Position numbers and translations under genes: made by a program. From Myxococcota bacterium (GTDB lineage: Bacteria; Myxococcota_A; UBA796; UBA2385): DNA of 64,000 bases. This document shows positions 29,555 to 38,971 of the stretch, one piece after another. Position 1 is the stretch's first letter. The number at the start of each line of letters is the position of its first letter. The DNA lies in the NCBI GenBank assembly GCA_044344255.1, contig JBIJDH010000004.1, forward strand, positions 96,001 through 160,000, given 5' to 3'. The notes under the pieces were generated by a model. That model was not told where the DNA came from and did no database searches. It worked only from the letters and a program-made list of their open reading frames with translations.

Positions 29555-30409
29555 TCAGCCGGCGCGGAAAGGCTCGCCGCCGATGGAGACGAGCCGCTGA
29601 ACCCGCCGGATGTGGAAGACACGGGGCTCCTGCCGGAGGTGGCAGAAGGCGTCGAAGTAGGGCAGCCGCAGCGCCTCGACGGTGATGGCGCGGCGGTTGA
29701 CGAGGTCGCCTGTGCCCTCTCGTGACGTGTAGTCCATCACCACCGTGGACTTGTCGAGGGCGGCCAGGCCGAGCGCCCGCTCGATCGCCTTCCGCTCGGG
29801 GCCGTCGCGGCTCTCGAGGCCCTCGGCGAGGGAGCGGAGGGTCGGGGCCCCCTCCGGGCCGGAGAGCGACCGCACCATCGCGCGGTAGACGCCGAGGGTG
29901 GCCTCGCAGTCGGCGAGGGCGCGGTGGGCGACGGGCATCGGTACGCTGCAGCGCTCGGCCAGGGAGACGAGGCTGCAGCGGGGCAGGCCGAAGAGGTCGC
30001 GCGCGATCGAGAGCGTGCAGACCGTGGCCCGGAAATTCGGCAGCGAGAGCCCAGCCCGATCGCACTCCGCCATCAAGAAGCCAAGGTCAAAACGTGCGTT
30101 GTGGGCGACGAGCGCCGCGCCGTCCAGCATCTCGCAGAGCTCGGGCCACACCTCGGGGAAGCGCGGCGCGTCGGCCACCATCTCCTCGGTGATGCCGTGG
30201 ATCCCGAGGGCGACCTCGGGGATCCCCCGCTCCGGCCGGACGAGGCGGCTCCAACGACGAGGCTCCCCGAAGCAGCCCCCCTCTAAGCGCAGGACGGCGA
30301 CCTCGACGACACGATCGCCGTCGGCGGCCGAGAGGCCGGTGGTCTCAAAGTCTAGGAAGGCGGTGGGCGCCTCATCGGCGCGCCGGTCGAGCAGCTCCGG
30401 GTCGGACAC
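29555..30409 (-). CDS. DEDDh 3'-5' exonuclease (DnaQ-like) fused to a C-terminal WYL domain
   Basis: 284 aa. LDFETTG, HGIT, AHNARFD, HRALAD. C-terminus MDYTSREG...RRAITV...FDAFCHLRQEPRVFHIRRV is typical of WYL. Confidence 0.87.
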   Translation of the reverse strand: MSDPELLDRRADEAPTAFLDFETTGLSAADGDRVVEVAVLRLEGGCFGEPRRWSRLVRPERGIPEVALGIHGITEEMVADAPRFPEVWPELCEMLDGAALVAHNARFDLGFLMAECDRAGLSLPNFRATVCTLSIARDLFGLPRCSLVSLAERCSVPMPVAHRALADCEATLGVYRAMVRSLSGPEGAPTLRSLAEGLESRDGPERKAIERALGLAALDKSTVVMDYTSREGTGDLVNRRAITVEALRLPYFDAFCHLRQEPRVFHIRRVQRLVSIGGEPFRAG

Positions 30410-30415
30410 GGCCGC

Positions 30416-33400
30416 TTAGGGCTCCACGGGGGGCTGAAGCCAGCTCGGGAGGCCCGGCGGGCTGAAGGTGCCGTCGCTGTCCACATCCACCCAGATCGGG
30501 TTCGTGAGCGCGTAGGGGTAGACCGGGAAGGTGCGCGGGATGGGGATGATGGGGTCGAGGAAGGCGTCGAGGCCCACGCCGGAGAGTGCGTCGGTGACGA
30601 TGTCCTGGAGCTGGATCGGCGCCACGTCGACCGCCGTGAAGACCGGGGAGAGGTCATCGTCGCCGAGGGCGATGATCACGTACCAGGAGTCTTTCGAAGG
30701 GGTGACCGTGGTCTCGGTTTGTAGGCGCACGACGTCGTCGCTGCTGAGGTCGGTCCACTCTTGGATGAGGGTGCCGTTCTCGTAGAGCTCGACTCGGTCG
30801 ACCGCCATCCAGGTGGGGGCCTCGACCTCCACCGTGAAGGTCACGCTGCCGCCTTGGACGGTGGTGCCGATGCCGTGCGACTCGTCACCGGCGTAGAAGC
30901 GGAGGAAGGGCCCGTAGGTGGTGAAGACCCTGTGCTCGCGGATGGCGGTGGCGACGTCGTCATCGGCGAGGAGCGCGGGCTCGTCACCGTCGGTCATCAC
31001 GTAGTTACGCGGGCAGCCGGCCTCGATGCTCGTCGTGCCGTGGGTGTCGGAGTTGCCGAGGGCCGTGTAGGTGTAGCCGAGGTTCAGCAACGTGAACCAG
31101 TCGTCGATCTGGCCTTGGTGGCCGTAGCCGAGGCGGTAGGTGCCGGCGCTGAGCTCGTCCTGCTCGGCTTGCGTGCGGGCCAGCATGTCGTAGGTGATGC
31201 CGATGTCGCCGTCGGCGGCGAAGGTGTCGAGCTCGGGCTGCGTGGGGGTGCGGACGATCTCGAAGCGCTTGCCGTTGAGGAGCTCGATGGCGTCGTAGTC
31301 TTCGCTGAAGTTGTCACGGGCGAGCAGGGTGTTGCCCGACGCGGTGACGATCAGACTGTCTTCGAGGGTCATCCCGCCGCTCGTGGAGCTGTTCGGGTCG
31401 AAGCCGTACTGGTCGAAGTAGCCGAGCACGCCGTCGCGGGGATGGCCGATGAAGACGATGGGATCGACGCCCGCCGGATCCCCGAGGTCTCGCAGGCCGT
31501 CGATGATCTCCTGGGGCTTGAGGCCCGTCCAGTCGAGCGAGCCGCCGGACTGCTGGAGGTAGTCCAGGTTCAGGGGGAAGCCGAGGAAGTGGCCGAGCTC
31601 GAGGGTGGTGACCTCAGTGCCGACGACGGTGCCCAGCCAGGGCTCCAGCCCGAGGGCGTGGATGTTGGGCGCGTAGTCGGTGAGCGCGTCGTGGTCGTTG
31701 CTGGAGAGGTACTCGACCCCCTCGGCGGCCATCGTCGTGACGCGCATGTCATTGTTCACGCCGGAGTCAAAGGAGCGGTAGGCGTGGACGTGGAAGTCGG
31801 CGCTCACCCAGCCGGTGGAGTCGACCGAGCGGGCGACCTGGAGGTCGAGCTCGATGTGGCTGGTGGCGGTGACCTTGAAGGTGTCGGTCGTGCCGAGCTC
31901 GTACTCGATGCCGCGGGAGGCGACGGCGTAATACTCGCCAGGGGGGAGGATGATGTCTCCCTCACCGTCGGCGGTGAACTGGAGCGCCGCCGGGGCGCCG
32001 GCGATGTAGTGGTCCCCGTAGACCGGGTTGCGCGGGCTCTCCCCCTTCGCGGTGAAGAAGGTGACCTTGCTCGGCACCTTGATGCCCGTCTCGTCAACCA
32101 CCGTGAAGTGAACGGAGCCGGGGCGGGGGCTCGCGAGGACGGCGGTGACCTCGCCGTCCTCCTCCACCGTGAAGGCGCTCCGGGTGCCGTCGGGGCGGCC
32201 CTCGGCGTGCACCAGGAGCTCCCAGTCGCCCACAGGCAGGGTGCCGCCGAAGGAGCCGTCGACCCGTCGGTCGTCGATTCCCACGTCGGTCTCGAATTCG
32301 GAGAAGGGGGCCTCGTCGCCCGGCTTGAAGATGAGCACGTGGGCGCCCGGGACGGCGACGCCGGTGCCCTCTTCGACCACCTGACCCGTGATCCGCCCCA
32401 CCTTGTCGCCGCGGGCCTCGAGCACGGCGTCGAGCGCGCTGCCGACGTCTCCTGCGCCGACGCCGAACCACCGCTCATAGAAGAGGGCGGTGCCAGCGGG
32501 GAAGCGCTCGCGGCCCACGCCGGGGGTGGCCGCGCCGATCGCGACCGTCTGGGAGCTCGTGAACATCGGGATGAAGAGCAGGCCCTCGTTCGGGAGCAGG
32601 GCGTAGCTGACGCCGTCGGCGGTGCCGGCGATGTAGGGCAGCGCGATCGGGTTGGTGGCGGTGTTGACGCCGGAGACGAGCAGCTCGGAGACGTAGCTCT
32701 CCTCGTCGAAGCCCACGCCCGGGGTGAAGACGTCGACGCTGCCACCCTGGAGGTAGAAGTCGCCGAAGGCGAGCCCGCCCAGGCCGCTGGCCTCGGTGTC
32801 CTCGTCGGCCTCGATGTTCTTGTCGAGGGCGACGTTGATCAGGGGGAGGGTGTCGTTGGAGGTGATCGCGGCCTCGGCCTCGATGACGACGTCGCAGGGG
32901 GCCTCGGCGCCCACCACGGCCACCGTGCGGATCTTGACGGCCCCCATCCCCGGCTCGAGGATGTAGTCGGTGCGCATCGCGAAGTACGGCCGCTCCCCTG
33001 CCCACTGGAAGGTCCAGAGGGCGTCGAGGAGGGTGAGGAAGGACTTCTCGGGGCCGGTGGTGCAGATGATCGCCGCCCCGCCGTCGCTCCCATCGTTGAT
33101 GATCTGGACCGTGCCCGCGTCTTCGTCGGCCTCCTGCACGTTGAGGTTCACCGTGGCGAAGACCTCGGAGAGGCGGTCATTTCCCTTGCCGTGGAGGTAC
33201 CGCGGGTCCAGCCGCTGGAGATCGGCGTCGACGATGCTCCCGCCCGACGTGTGGGGGCCGGGGCTCACCCGCGCGTCGAGGATCGCGAGGCGGATGCGGT
33301 CATTCTCGAGGATGTAGTCGCCGGGCCGCGCCACGGCCTTGGGGCCGCCGATGGTCTCGGTGAGGTCCCCGATCTCGAAGGCCCGGGCGTAGGGCTCCGT

Positions 33401-33532
33401 ATTCCCGCAGCCGCCGATACCGCTGAGGCCGAGCAGGGCCAAAAGCGGGGCGGGGGCCGCGCGGGCACCCCCCAGGCGTCTGGCGGTGGGGGTGGGCCGG
33501 GAGGATGTGTGCGGGGGGGGCTGGACGCGCAT
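30416..33532 (-). CDS. Large lipoprotein with carboxypeptidase-regulatory-like Ig domains and PHP-type (CehA/McbA-like) metallohydrolase
   Basis: About 1038 aa. Lipobox GIGGC, GDYILENDRIR, ASRGIEY, ADFHVH, SNDHD, GTEVT, GHPR, ELLNG, GNSDTH, TNPIWVDVDSDG. Confidence 0.85.
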   Translation of the reverse strand: MRVQPPPHTSSRPTPTARRLGGARAAPAPLLALLGLSGIGGCGNTEPYARAFEIGDLTETIGGPKAVARPGDYILENDRIRLAILDARVSPGPHTSGGSIVDADLQRLDPRYLHGKGNDRLSEVFATVNLNVQEADEDAGTVQIINDGSDGGAAIICTTGPEKSFLTLLDALWTFQWAGERPYFAMRTDYILEPGMGAVKIRTVAVVGAEAPCDVVIEAEAAITSNDTLPLINVALDKNIEADEDTEASGLGGLAFGDFYLQGGSVDVFTPGVGFDEESYVSELLVSGVNTATNPIALPYIAGTADGVSYALLPNEGLLFIPMFTSSQTVAIGAATPGVGRERFPAGTALFYERWFGVGAGDVGSALDAVLEARGDKVGRITGQVVEEGTGVAVPGAHVLIFKPGDEAPFSEFETDVGIDDRRVDGSFGGTLPVGDWELLVHAEGRPDGTRSAFTVEEDGEVTAVLASPRPGSVHFTVVDETGIKVPSKVTFFTAKGESPRNPVYGDHYIAGAPAALQFTADGEGDIILPPGEYYAVASRGIEYELGTTDTFKVTATSHIELDLQVARSVDSTGWVSADFHVHAYRSFDSGVNNDMRVTTMAAEGVEYLSSNDHDALTDYAPNIHALGLEPWLGTVVGTEVTTLELGHFLGFPLNLDYLQQSGGSLDWTGLKPQEIIDGLRDLGDPAGVDPIVFIGHPRDGVLGYFDQYGFDPNSSTSGGMTLEDSLIVTASGNTLLARDNFSEDYDAIELLNGKRFEIVRTPTQPELDTFAADGDIGITYDMLARTQAEQDELSAGTYRLGYGHQGQIDDWFTLLNLGYTYTALGNSDTHGTTSIEAGCPRNYVMTDGDEPALLADDDVATAIREHRVFTTYGPFLRFYAGDESHGIGTTVQGGSVTFTVEVEAPTWMAVDRVELYENGTLIQEWTDLSSDDVVRLQTETTVTPSKDSWYVIIALGDDDLSPVFTAVDVAPIQLQDIVTDALSGVGLDAFLDPIIPIPRTFPVYPYALTNPIWVDVDSDGTFSPPGLPSWLQPPVEP

Positions 33533-33569
33533 GGTCTCCATAGAATATTGAGGAAGCCTCGGAAGGGCC

Positions 33570-34733
33570 ATGCGCAAACAAGATCTCTCTCCCCTCGCTT
33601 CCTCCCCCGCCACCCCGCTGGCGCCTTCGTCGCGTCGGCCCGCACTTCTGCCGGCCTTCGCCCTGGTGCTCGGCTGCCTGTCGGGCGGCGTCGCGCTCGC
33701 GGGAGACGACGAGAAGCCCGCGCTGCCCAAGCCCGAGCCCTACATCCTCCTCCAGGTCTGGGGCACCGCCTACGACCAGGATCAAGACCCCATCGCCGAT
33801 CCGGCCAGCTACGGCGATCCGGAGGACGACATGGGCTTCAAGGTCCGGCGCGCGCGCTTCGGCTTCCGCGGTGACGCCGACGGCATCCGCTACGCCGTGG
33901 TCGCCGGGGTCAGCGCCCCCTACGACCAGATGCTCGACACCCCGGATGACGACATCGGGCTGGTCGACGCCTACGCCGGCTTCAAGGTGGTCAAGGGCCT
34001 CTGGCTCTCGGGCGGCCTCCAGGAGGTCCCCCTCTCGCGCGAGCACCTGATGAGCTCCGGCGATCTCGTCTTGGCTGAGCGCACCGCCGGCACCCAGTGG
34101 ATGATCCCCGATCGAGAGGTCGGCCTCGTCTTCGACGGGCGCTTTGGCCCCGATGACAAGACCCGCGCCCGGGTGCGCCTCGGCGCCTTCAACGGCAACG
34201 GGGACCTCTTCACCGACGACAACGCCGGTAAGCTCGTCACCGCCCGCGCCGAGTTCGCGACCGGCGGCAACGCCTACGAGACGTGGGGCAAGGTGAACAA
34301 GGTCACGGTCGGCTTCGCCGGCGACTTCTTCATGAACCCGTCGATCTCGACGGACACCCTCGGCTACGGCGCAGACCTCATCTTCCGCGTCCAGGGCCTC
34401 GCCGTGCTGGTGGAGGGCCACATGGCCACCATCTCCCCTGCGAACAGCGACCTGGACCAGCCCGGCGTGCTCGAGGACACCACCCGCACGAGCGTCGTCG
34501 CCCAGGCCGGCTACTCCGTCCAGCACTTCGAGCCCGCCGTGCGCTTCGGGATGTTCGACGACAACGGGAGCAACGACGACAATGGTGACGTCGGCGAGGT
34601 GAGCGGCGGCCTCACCTACCACATGCGGAAGGACGCCCTGCGCTTCGGCGGCGCCTACGTGGCGCGGCTCGAGCTCCAGGGCACCGAGATCCCGAACGAC
34701 ACCGTCCGGCTCTGGGCGCAGCTCCGCTACTGA
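33570..34733 (+). CDS. Outer-membrane porin (OprO/OprP-like)
   Basis: 387 aa with signal peptide. GFKVRRARFG, DAY, VPLSREHL, DREVG, GAFNGNG, C-terminal AQLRY. Confidence 0.8.
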   Translation: MRKQDLSPLASSPATPLAPSSRRPALLPAFALVLGCLSGGVALAGDDEKPALPKPEPYILLQVWGTAYDQDQDPIADPASYGDPEDDMGFKVRRARFGFRGDADGIRYAVVAGVSAPYDQMLDTPDDDIGLVDAYAGFKVVKGLWLSGGLQEVPLSREHLMSSGDLVLAERTAGTQWMIPDREVGLVFDGRFGPDDKTRARVRLGAFNGNGDLFTDDNAGKLVTARAEFATGGNAYETWGKVNKVTVGFAGDFFMNPSISTDTLGYGADLIFRVQGLAVLVEGHMATISPANSDLDQPGVLEDTTRTSVVAQAGYSVQHFEPAVRFGMFDDNGSNDDNGDVGEVSGGLTYHMRKDALRFGGAYVARLELQGTEIPNDTVRLWAQLRY

Positions 34734-34748
34734 GGCGGCTGCTGCGGC

Positions 34749-34775
34749 GTGGACCACCCGTCAGGGTGGCTCCAC
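34749..34775 (+). terminator. GC-rich hairpin after the porin gene (possible terminator)
   Basis: GTGGACCACCC-GTCA-GGGTGGCTCCAC. There is no U-tract. Confidence 0.4.
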
Positions 34776-34866
34776 CGCGACCCCGGCCTCGCGCCTCGAC
34801 GAGCCTCAGCGACAGCCGAAAGGTGTCGACACAGGGGGCGACACAGGGGGGCGACTCGGCGCTGTC

Positions 34867-35090
34867 TCATCGACCCCTCCACGCGCGCGCTCGCTGGCGA
34901 CCGAGCCAAATGGGGAGGAGCGCGGCCGGGGGGGCGAGGAGGTCAGCCGGATCGGCGACATGATGCACCGCCACGGGGCCGTCTCGCGACAGCAGAGGCA
35001 GGCCGAGCGCAGGGAGCAGCTGGGCCCCGCCCGTGAGCGCCGCCCCGAGCACCTCCTGGTAGACCGCGGAGGCATCGGCGGACAGCTGAA
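34867..35090 (-). pseudogene. Probable 5'-truncated gene remnant
   Basis: About 73 codons with host-like GC3 bias (QLSADASAVYQEVLGAALTGG...ARAWRGR*), but no credible start or RBS. Confidence 0.35.
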
Positions 35091-35153
35091 TGTAGTCCGA
35101 AATTGGCCTATGCTGTCCGCGCGTGGCCGGGATCTGCGGCCGAGGAGTCACCG

Positions 35154-36581
35154 ATGAGCGGGCACCACAACAAACGGGCGTACTTTCTGCTGACCTCCGC
35201 GCTTGCCCTCGCCTTGTCCGGCTGTGGCGGCGACAAAGGGGGCAGCGCGGATGGCTCGGAGGAGAGCGAGGGCTCCGACGGCGCGGATGGCTCCGACGGC
35301 GCGGACGGGGGGTCCAACGAGAACGGTGCCCTCTTCGACTGTTATGAGTACGCCTCTGGGGAGTCGGGAGGATCCGACTACACCCCTCTCCTCACCGAGG
35401 ATCAGATCGACGCCCTCGACATCGAGATGAATTACCCGTCCGGCGCCTCCATCGCGGCCATCCGGGCGAGCTCGGCCTACCTCGAGGCCGAGGGGCTCCT
35501 GCGGGTCTCTCTCGTCGGTCTCGTCGACGTCAACGAGGCTGACCCCTCCACGCCCTTCAAGTTCACCGATGTCCCCCTCACCGACATGGCAGCGGACAAC
35601 TTCACGGTGGAGGTAGACGGTGTGGCGGTGAGCCCCGAGGACGTGACCTGCAGCTCCAATCCCGAGACGCCGACCACCATCGTCTTTCTCGTGGACGTGA
35701 CGGGCTCCATGACCCCAGCTATCGACGCCGTCCGCGGGTCATTGACCGACTTCATAGAAGCCGCCACCGCCTATGGCTTCAGCGGGAAGATCGGGGTGGC
35801 CACCTATCAGGACACGGTCGGCGTGAACGTTCCTTTCGAAGACTGCTCAGATGTGAGCGGAATTATCCCAGAACGGTCGCCCTTCTATCCACCCGTCTCC
35901 GTCTCCGACGAGGCGGGAATCGAGGAGCTCCGGGGCTTCATCGAGGCGCTCCACGCCGACGGCGGCAGTGACTTCCCCGAGAACCTCGCCGCAGGCGTGG
36001 ACTTCGTCGCCAACAACGTGGTCGGTTATTCGAGTGACGGAGCACCGAACATCATCGGGGATGGGGTGGATGATCCGCAGTGGATCTCCCCTTGGCCGAT
36101 CGACGAGGAGGCCGGTCTCGTGATGGTGGTCGCCATCACAGACGCCACCTTTCATCGGTCCGGGGAGGACTCGGACCACGTGTACGGGGACTACGCCGCC
36201 CGCGACCTTGCGGAGATCGCCCTCGACCTCGACGGGGTCATCGTCAGCACGATTGACCCTGCCGTGCTCGACGAGGCGAAGAAGATCGACGAGCTCGAGG
36301 CCGAGGTAGATCCGGACTTCTGGCCGAAGTACTCGGGGGGCGTTGGCGCGGACAACGTCGACATCGAATATTACGGCATCGGGGAGGACATCAGCCTCTT
36401 CGACCTGGAGCTCTTGGTGCTCGGCGAGGGTCTGCTTGAGATCCCCTTGGCCCCAGCGATCTCCTCCACCTGCCTCTTGTCCATTCACCTCGACGACACC
36501 CCCGTCGAGGTGGGAGTGACCATCACCCACGACGCGGACGCGGTGAGCTACTCGCTCAGCCCGAACGTCATCGCCCTGTGA
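35154..36581 (+). CDS. vWA-domain lipoprotein
   Basis: 475 aa after GAGGAG. Lipobox ALSGC, acidic linker, MIDAS-like FLVDVTGSM, GGSDFPEN, AITDA. Confidence 0.85.
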   Translation: MSGHHNKRAYFLLTSALALALSGCGGDKGGSADGSEESEGSDGADGSDGADGGSNENGALFDCYEYASGESGGSDYTPLLTEDQIDALDIEMNYPSGASIAAIRASSAYLEAEGLLRVSLVGLVDVNEADPSTPFKFTDVPLTDMAADNFTVEVDGVAVSPEDVTCSSNPETPTTIVFLVDVTGSMTPAIDAVRGSLTDFIEAATAYGFSGKIGVATYQDTVGVNVPFEDCSDVSGIIPERSPFYPPVSVSDEAGIEELRGFIEALHADGGSDFPENLAAGVDFVANNVVGYSSDGAPNIIGDGVDDPQWISPWPIDEEAGLVMVVAITDATFHRSGEDSDHVYGDYAARDLAEIALDLDGVIVSTIDPAVLDEAKKIDELEAEVDPDFWPKYSGGVGADNVDIEYYGIGEDISLFDLELLVLGEGLLEIPLAPAISSTCLLSIHLDDTPVEVGVTITHDADAVSYSLSPNVIAL

Positions 36582-36661
36582 CGGAGACGACCGCGTGACC
36601 CTCGAGGGGCCACTGGACCGCCGAGTTCGTCACCCCGGGGGCTCGCGCGGAGCGCCCGGGC

Positions 36662-37864
36662 CTACGGCGCCCCGACCGACGGCTGGTCATTCGTGTGGCA
36701 GTGGACGCCGCCCCCCGCGTACCAGGACTCGAGCGTCTCGATGATGTGCACCTCGCGCCCGGGGAACCACTCTTCGAGCTGCGCCTTCGCAGCATCATCG
36801 GTGGCGGGGTTGTCAAAGCCCACGGTCGCCACGAAGCCGTCGCCGACCAGCCAGTTCATGTAGTCGGTGTCGAAGGTGGCGTCGCGATACGCGACGGCGC
36901 CGGCGATGGGCCAGCGGATGACCTCGAGGCCGGCGGCTTCGATGCGCGCCGCGGCGTCGTCGTAGATGAGGTCGTCGTGCCCGTCGGGCTGGCAGTGGCT
37001 GTCGGCCGAGCAGTCGGGGACCACCACCCGCTCGGCGTCGATGAAGCGGGCGATGCCGTCGATGTGGCCGTTCGTGAGGTCGCCCTCCGGGGCCCCCTCG
37101 ACCAGCACCACGCGGCTGACCCCAAAGCGCGCCTCGAGGGCGGCCTTCACCTGCTCCTCGGTGATGCCCGGGTTGCGCGCGGGATCGCCGATGGTGCTCC
37201 AGTTGAGGAGGACGGTGTCTACGCCGTTGAACTCGAGGTTCCCGCGCTCGTGTACGATGTCTACTGGATCGACCGACAGGCCGAGGTAGGCCCCGACCGC
37301 GACCGGGACCGCGTCGTCCGCCGCGTAGGGGATGCCCGCGCCGAAGGCCCCGCCCCAAGCGTCGAAGCCCCAGTCCTGGATCCGCAGCTCGCCGCCCTCC
37401 AGCACGTAGGTGGGCCCGTTGTCGCGCATCCAGGCGCTGTCGTTGGCGATCTCGTGCCAGGTGATGTGGAAGCCCCGAGCGGAGACCGCGCCGCCGATCA
37501 CCTCGGCCGTCAGCCCACCGTCTTCGGCGAGGGAGGCCTCCGCGCTCGCGCGGGTTTGTTCATCGTTGACGAGGAGGTGGACCTCTTCGTATTGGAGTAC
37601 GGTCGCGACGATGCGGGAGAAGGCGACCTCGTAGGAGCGCTCCCAGCGTTGGGGCCACTGCATCCACACAGCGTCCTGGGGCTCCCACTCGGCGGGGACG
37701 CGGGTGTCGTCGGAGGAGCCGTCGGCGCCGCCGCTGTCCTCACCCTCTCCCGAGCACCCGGCCCCGGCGCAGCCCTTGTCGGGGGCCCCCTCGCGGGCGC
37801 AGGCCGCGAGCAGGACGAGCAAGCCGAAGGAGGCGGAGCGGCTGCGGGAGCGGTGGGTGAACAT
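36662..37864 (-). CDS. Agmatine deiminase/peptidylarginine deiminase family lipoprotein
   Basis: 400 aa. Lipobox LLAAC, RVPAEWEPQ, WMRDNGP, ERGNLEFNG, GHIDG, YMN, GGGVHCHT. Confidence 0.92.
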   Translation of the reverse strand: MFTHRSRSRSASFGLLVLLAACAREGAPDKGCAGAGCSGEGEDSGGADGSSDDTRVPAEWEPQDAVWMQWPQRWERSYEVAFSRIVATVLQYEEVHLLVNDEQTRASAEASLAEDGGLTAEVIGGAVSARGFHITWHEIANDSAWMRDNGPTYVLEGGELRIQDWGFDAWGGAFGAGIPYAADDAVPVAVGAYLGLSVDPVDIVHERGNLEFNGVDTVLLNWSTIGDPARNPGITEEQVKAALEARFGVSRVVLVEGAPEGDLTNGHIDGIARFIDAERVVVPDCSADSHCQPDGHDDLIYDDAAARIEAAGLEVIRWPIAGAVAYRDATFDTDYMNWLVGDGFVATVGFDNPATDDAAKAQLEEWFPGREVHIIETLESWYAGGGVHCHTNDQPSVGAP

Positions 37865-37966
37865 GGGATCCTCCTGAGCGGGGCCCCATAGCGCCCAGCG
37901 CGGCCCCTGAGCTACCCTCCTTGGATTGCGCGCCTCTCCCGCCCGAGCTTCCCGTAGGATCGTCCG

Positions 37967-38824
37967 TTGAACTGGACCCGCCACCCCGACGCCGCCTCCT
38001 TCCTGGCCACCGCCGGGCCGATGCTCGAGGCCGATCTGCTCCTCAACCAGACGCCGCTCGGCGTGGCGCGGCAGATCGTCGCGGAGCCCAGCCGGTGGCC
38101 CGACCCGCGCCTGTACACGGTGCACGGAGACGATGGCGCGGTGCTCGGCACGGTGCTGCAGACACCGCCTTGGTTGCCGCACGTCTCCGACATGCCCCTG
38201 CCGGCGCTCGTCTTCGCCGCCGGCCGCTTCGCGGACGCGCACCGGGACGCCGGGGGCGTCTTTGGCTCGGAGGAGGCCGCCATCGCGTTCGCGGCTGTGC
38301 TCCTCACGCGTCGAGACGGCGTGTCGAGCGTCGACGTGGAGCGGATGGGGCTCTTCGAGCTCACCGCCGTGGCGGAGGTCCCGCGGCCGCCCGGTCGGTT
38401 TCGGAGGGCCCGCCCCTCGGACGCGCCCCTGTTGCAGCGCTGGATCGAGGCGTTCACCGCTGAGGCCGTGCCACACGAGCCTCCTCCCGGCCCGACCGCT
38501 GGGGAGCGGGCCATCGCGCGGGGCGGTGTCCGGTTCTGGGAGGTGGAGGGCGATTCGGTCGCCTATGCCAACTTCGGCCGTGACCTCGGCACCCACGTGA
38601 GCATCGGGCCGGTGTTTACGCCGCCGGAGCGGCGCGGTCGTGGCTTCGCCACTGGGCTCGTCGCCGAGATGAGCGCCGCGGCGCTGGCCGAGGGTCGGGT
38701 CGGCTGCACGCTGTTCACGGACCTCGCGAACCCGACGTCCAACCGCATCTACGAGCGGATTGGGTACGTCCGGGTCGGGACGATGCGGCGGATCGGGTTC
38801 GTCACGGACGAACACGCGATCTGA
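37967..38824 (+). CDS. GNAT family N-acetyltransferase
   Basis: 285 aa, TTG start. IGPVFTPPERRGRGFA, LFTDLANPTSNRIYERIGY. Confidence 0.9.
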   Translation: MNWTRHPDAASFLATAGPMLEADLLLNQTPLGVARQIVAEPSRWPDPRLYTVHGDDGAVLGTVLQTPPWLPHVSDMPLPALVFAAGRFADAHRDAGGVFGSEEAAIAFAAVLLTRRDGVSSVDVERMGLFELTAVAEVPRPPGRFRRARPSDAPLLQRWIEAFTAEAVPHEPPPGPTAGERAIARGGVRFWEVEGDSVAYANFGRDLGTHVSIGPVFTPPERRGRGFATGLVAEMSAAALAEGRVGCTLFTDLANPTSNRIYERIGYVRVGTMRRIGFVTDEHAI

Positions 38825-38971
38825 CCGTCCGAGCCGGTGGTGCCGGTCAGTGCCGGGGACAGAGACGGACGGCTTGCGCCTCCTCACCTGAACGCGCTAT
38901 CAGGTGGGACAGAAGACAGCCGGTCACCGAAGGGGCGGCAGGCGGCGCGGCATAGGCGACAAGGGGGACGG

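Noticed and set aside
38885..38906. Inverted repeat CACCTGA-N8-TCAGGTG upstream of the lipocalin gene as riboswitch or attC site
   Set aside because: A single short stem without other conserved elements; no integrase or GTTRRRY core pair recognised.
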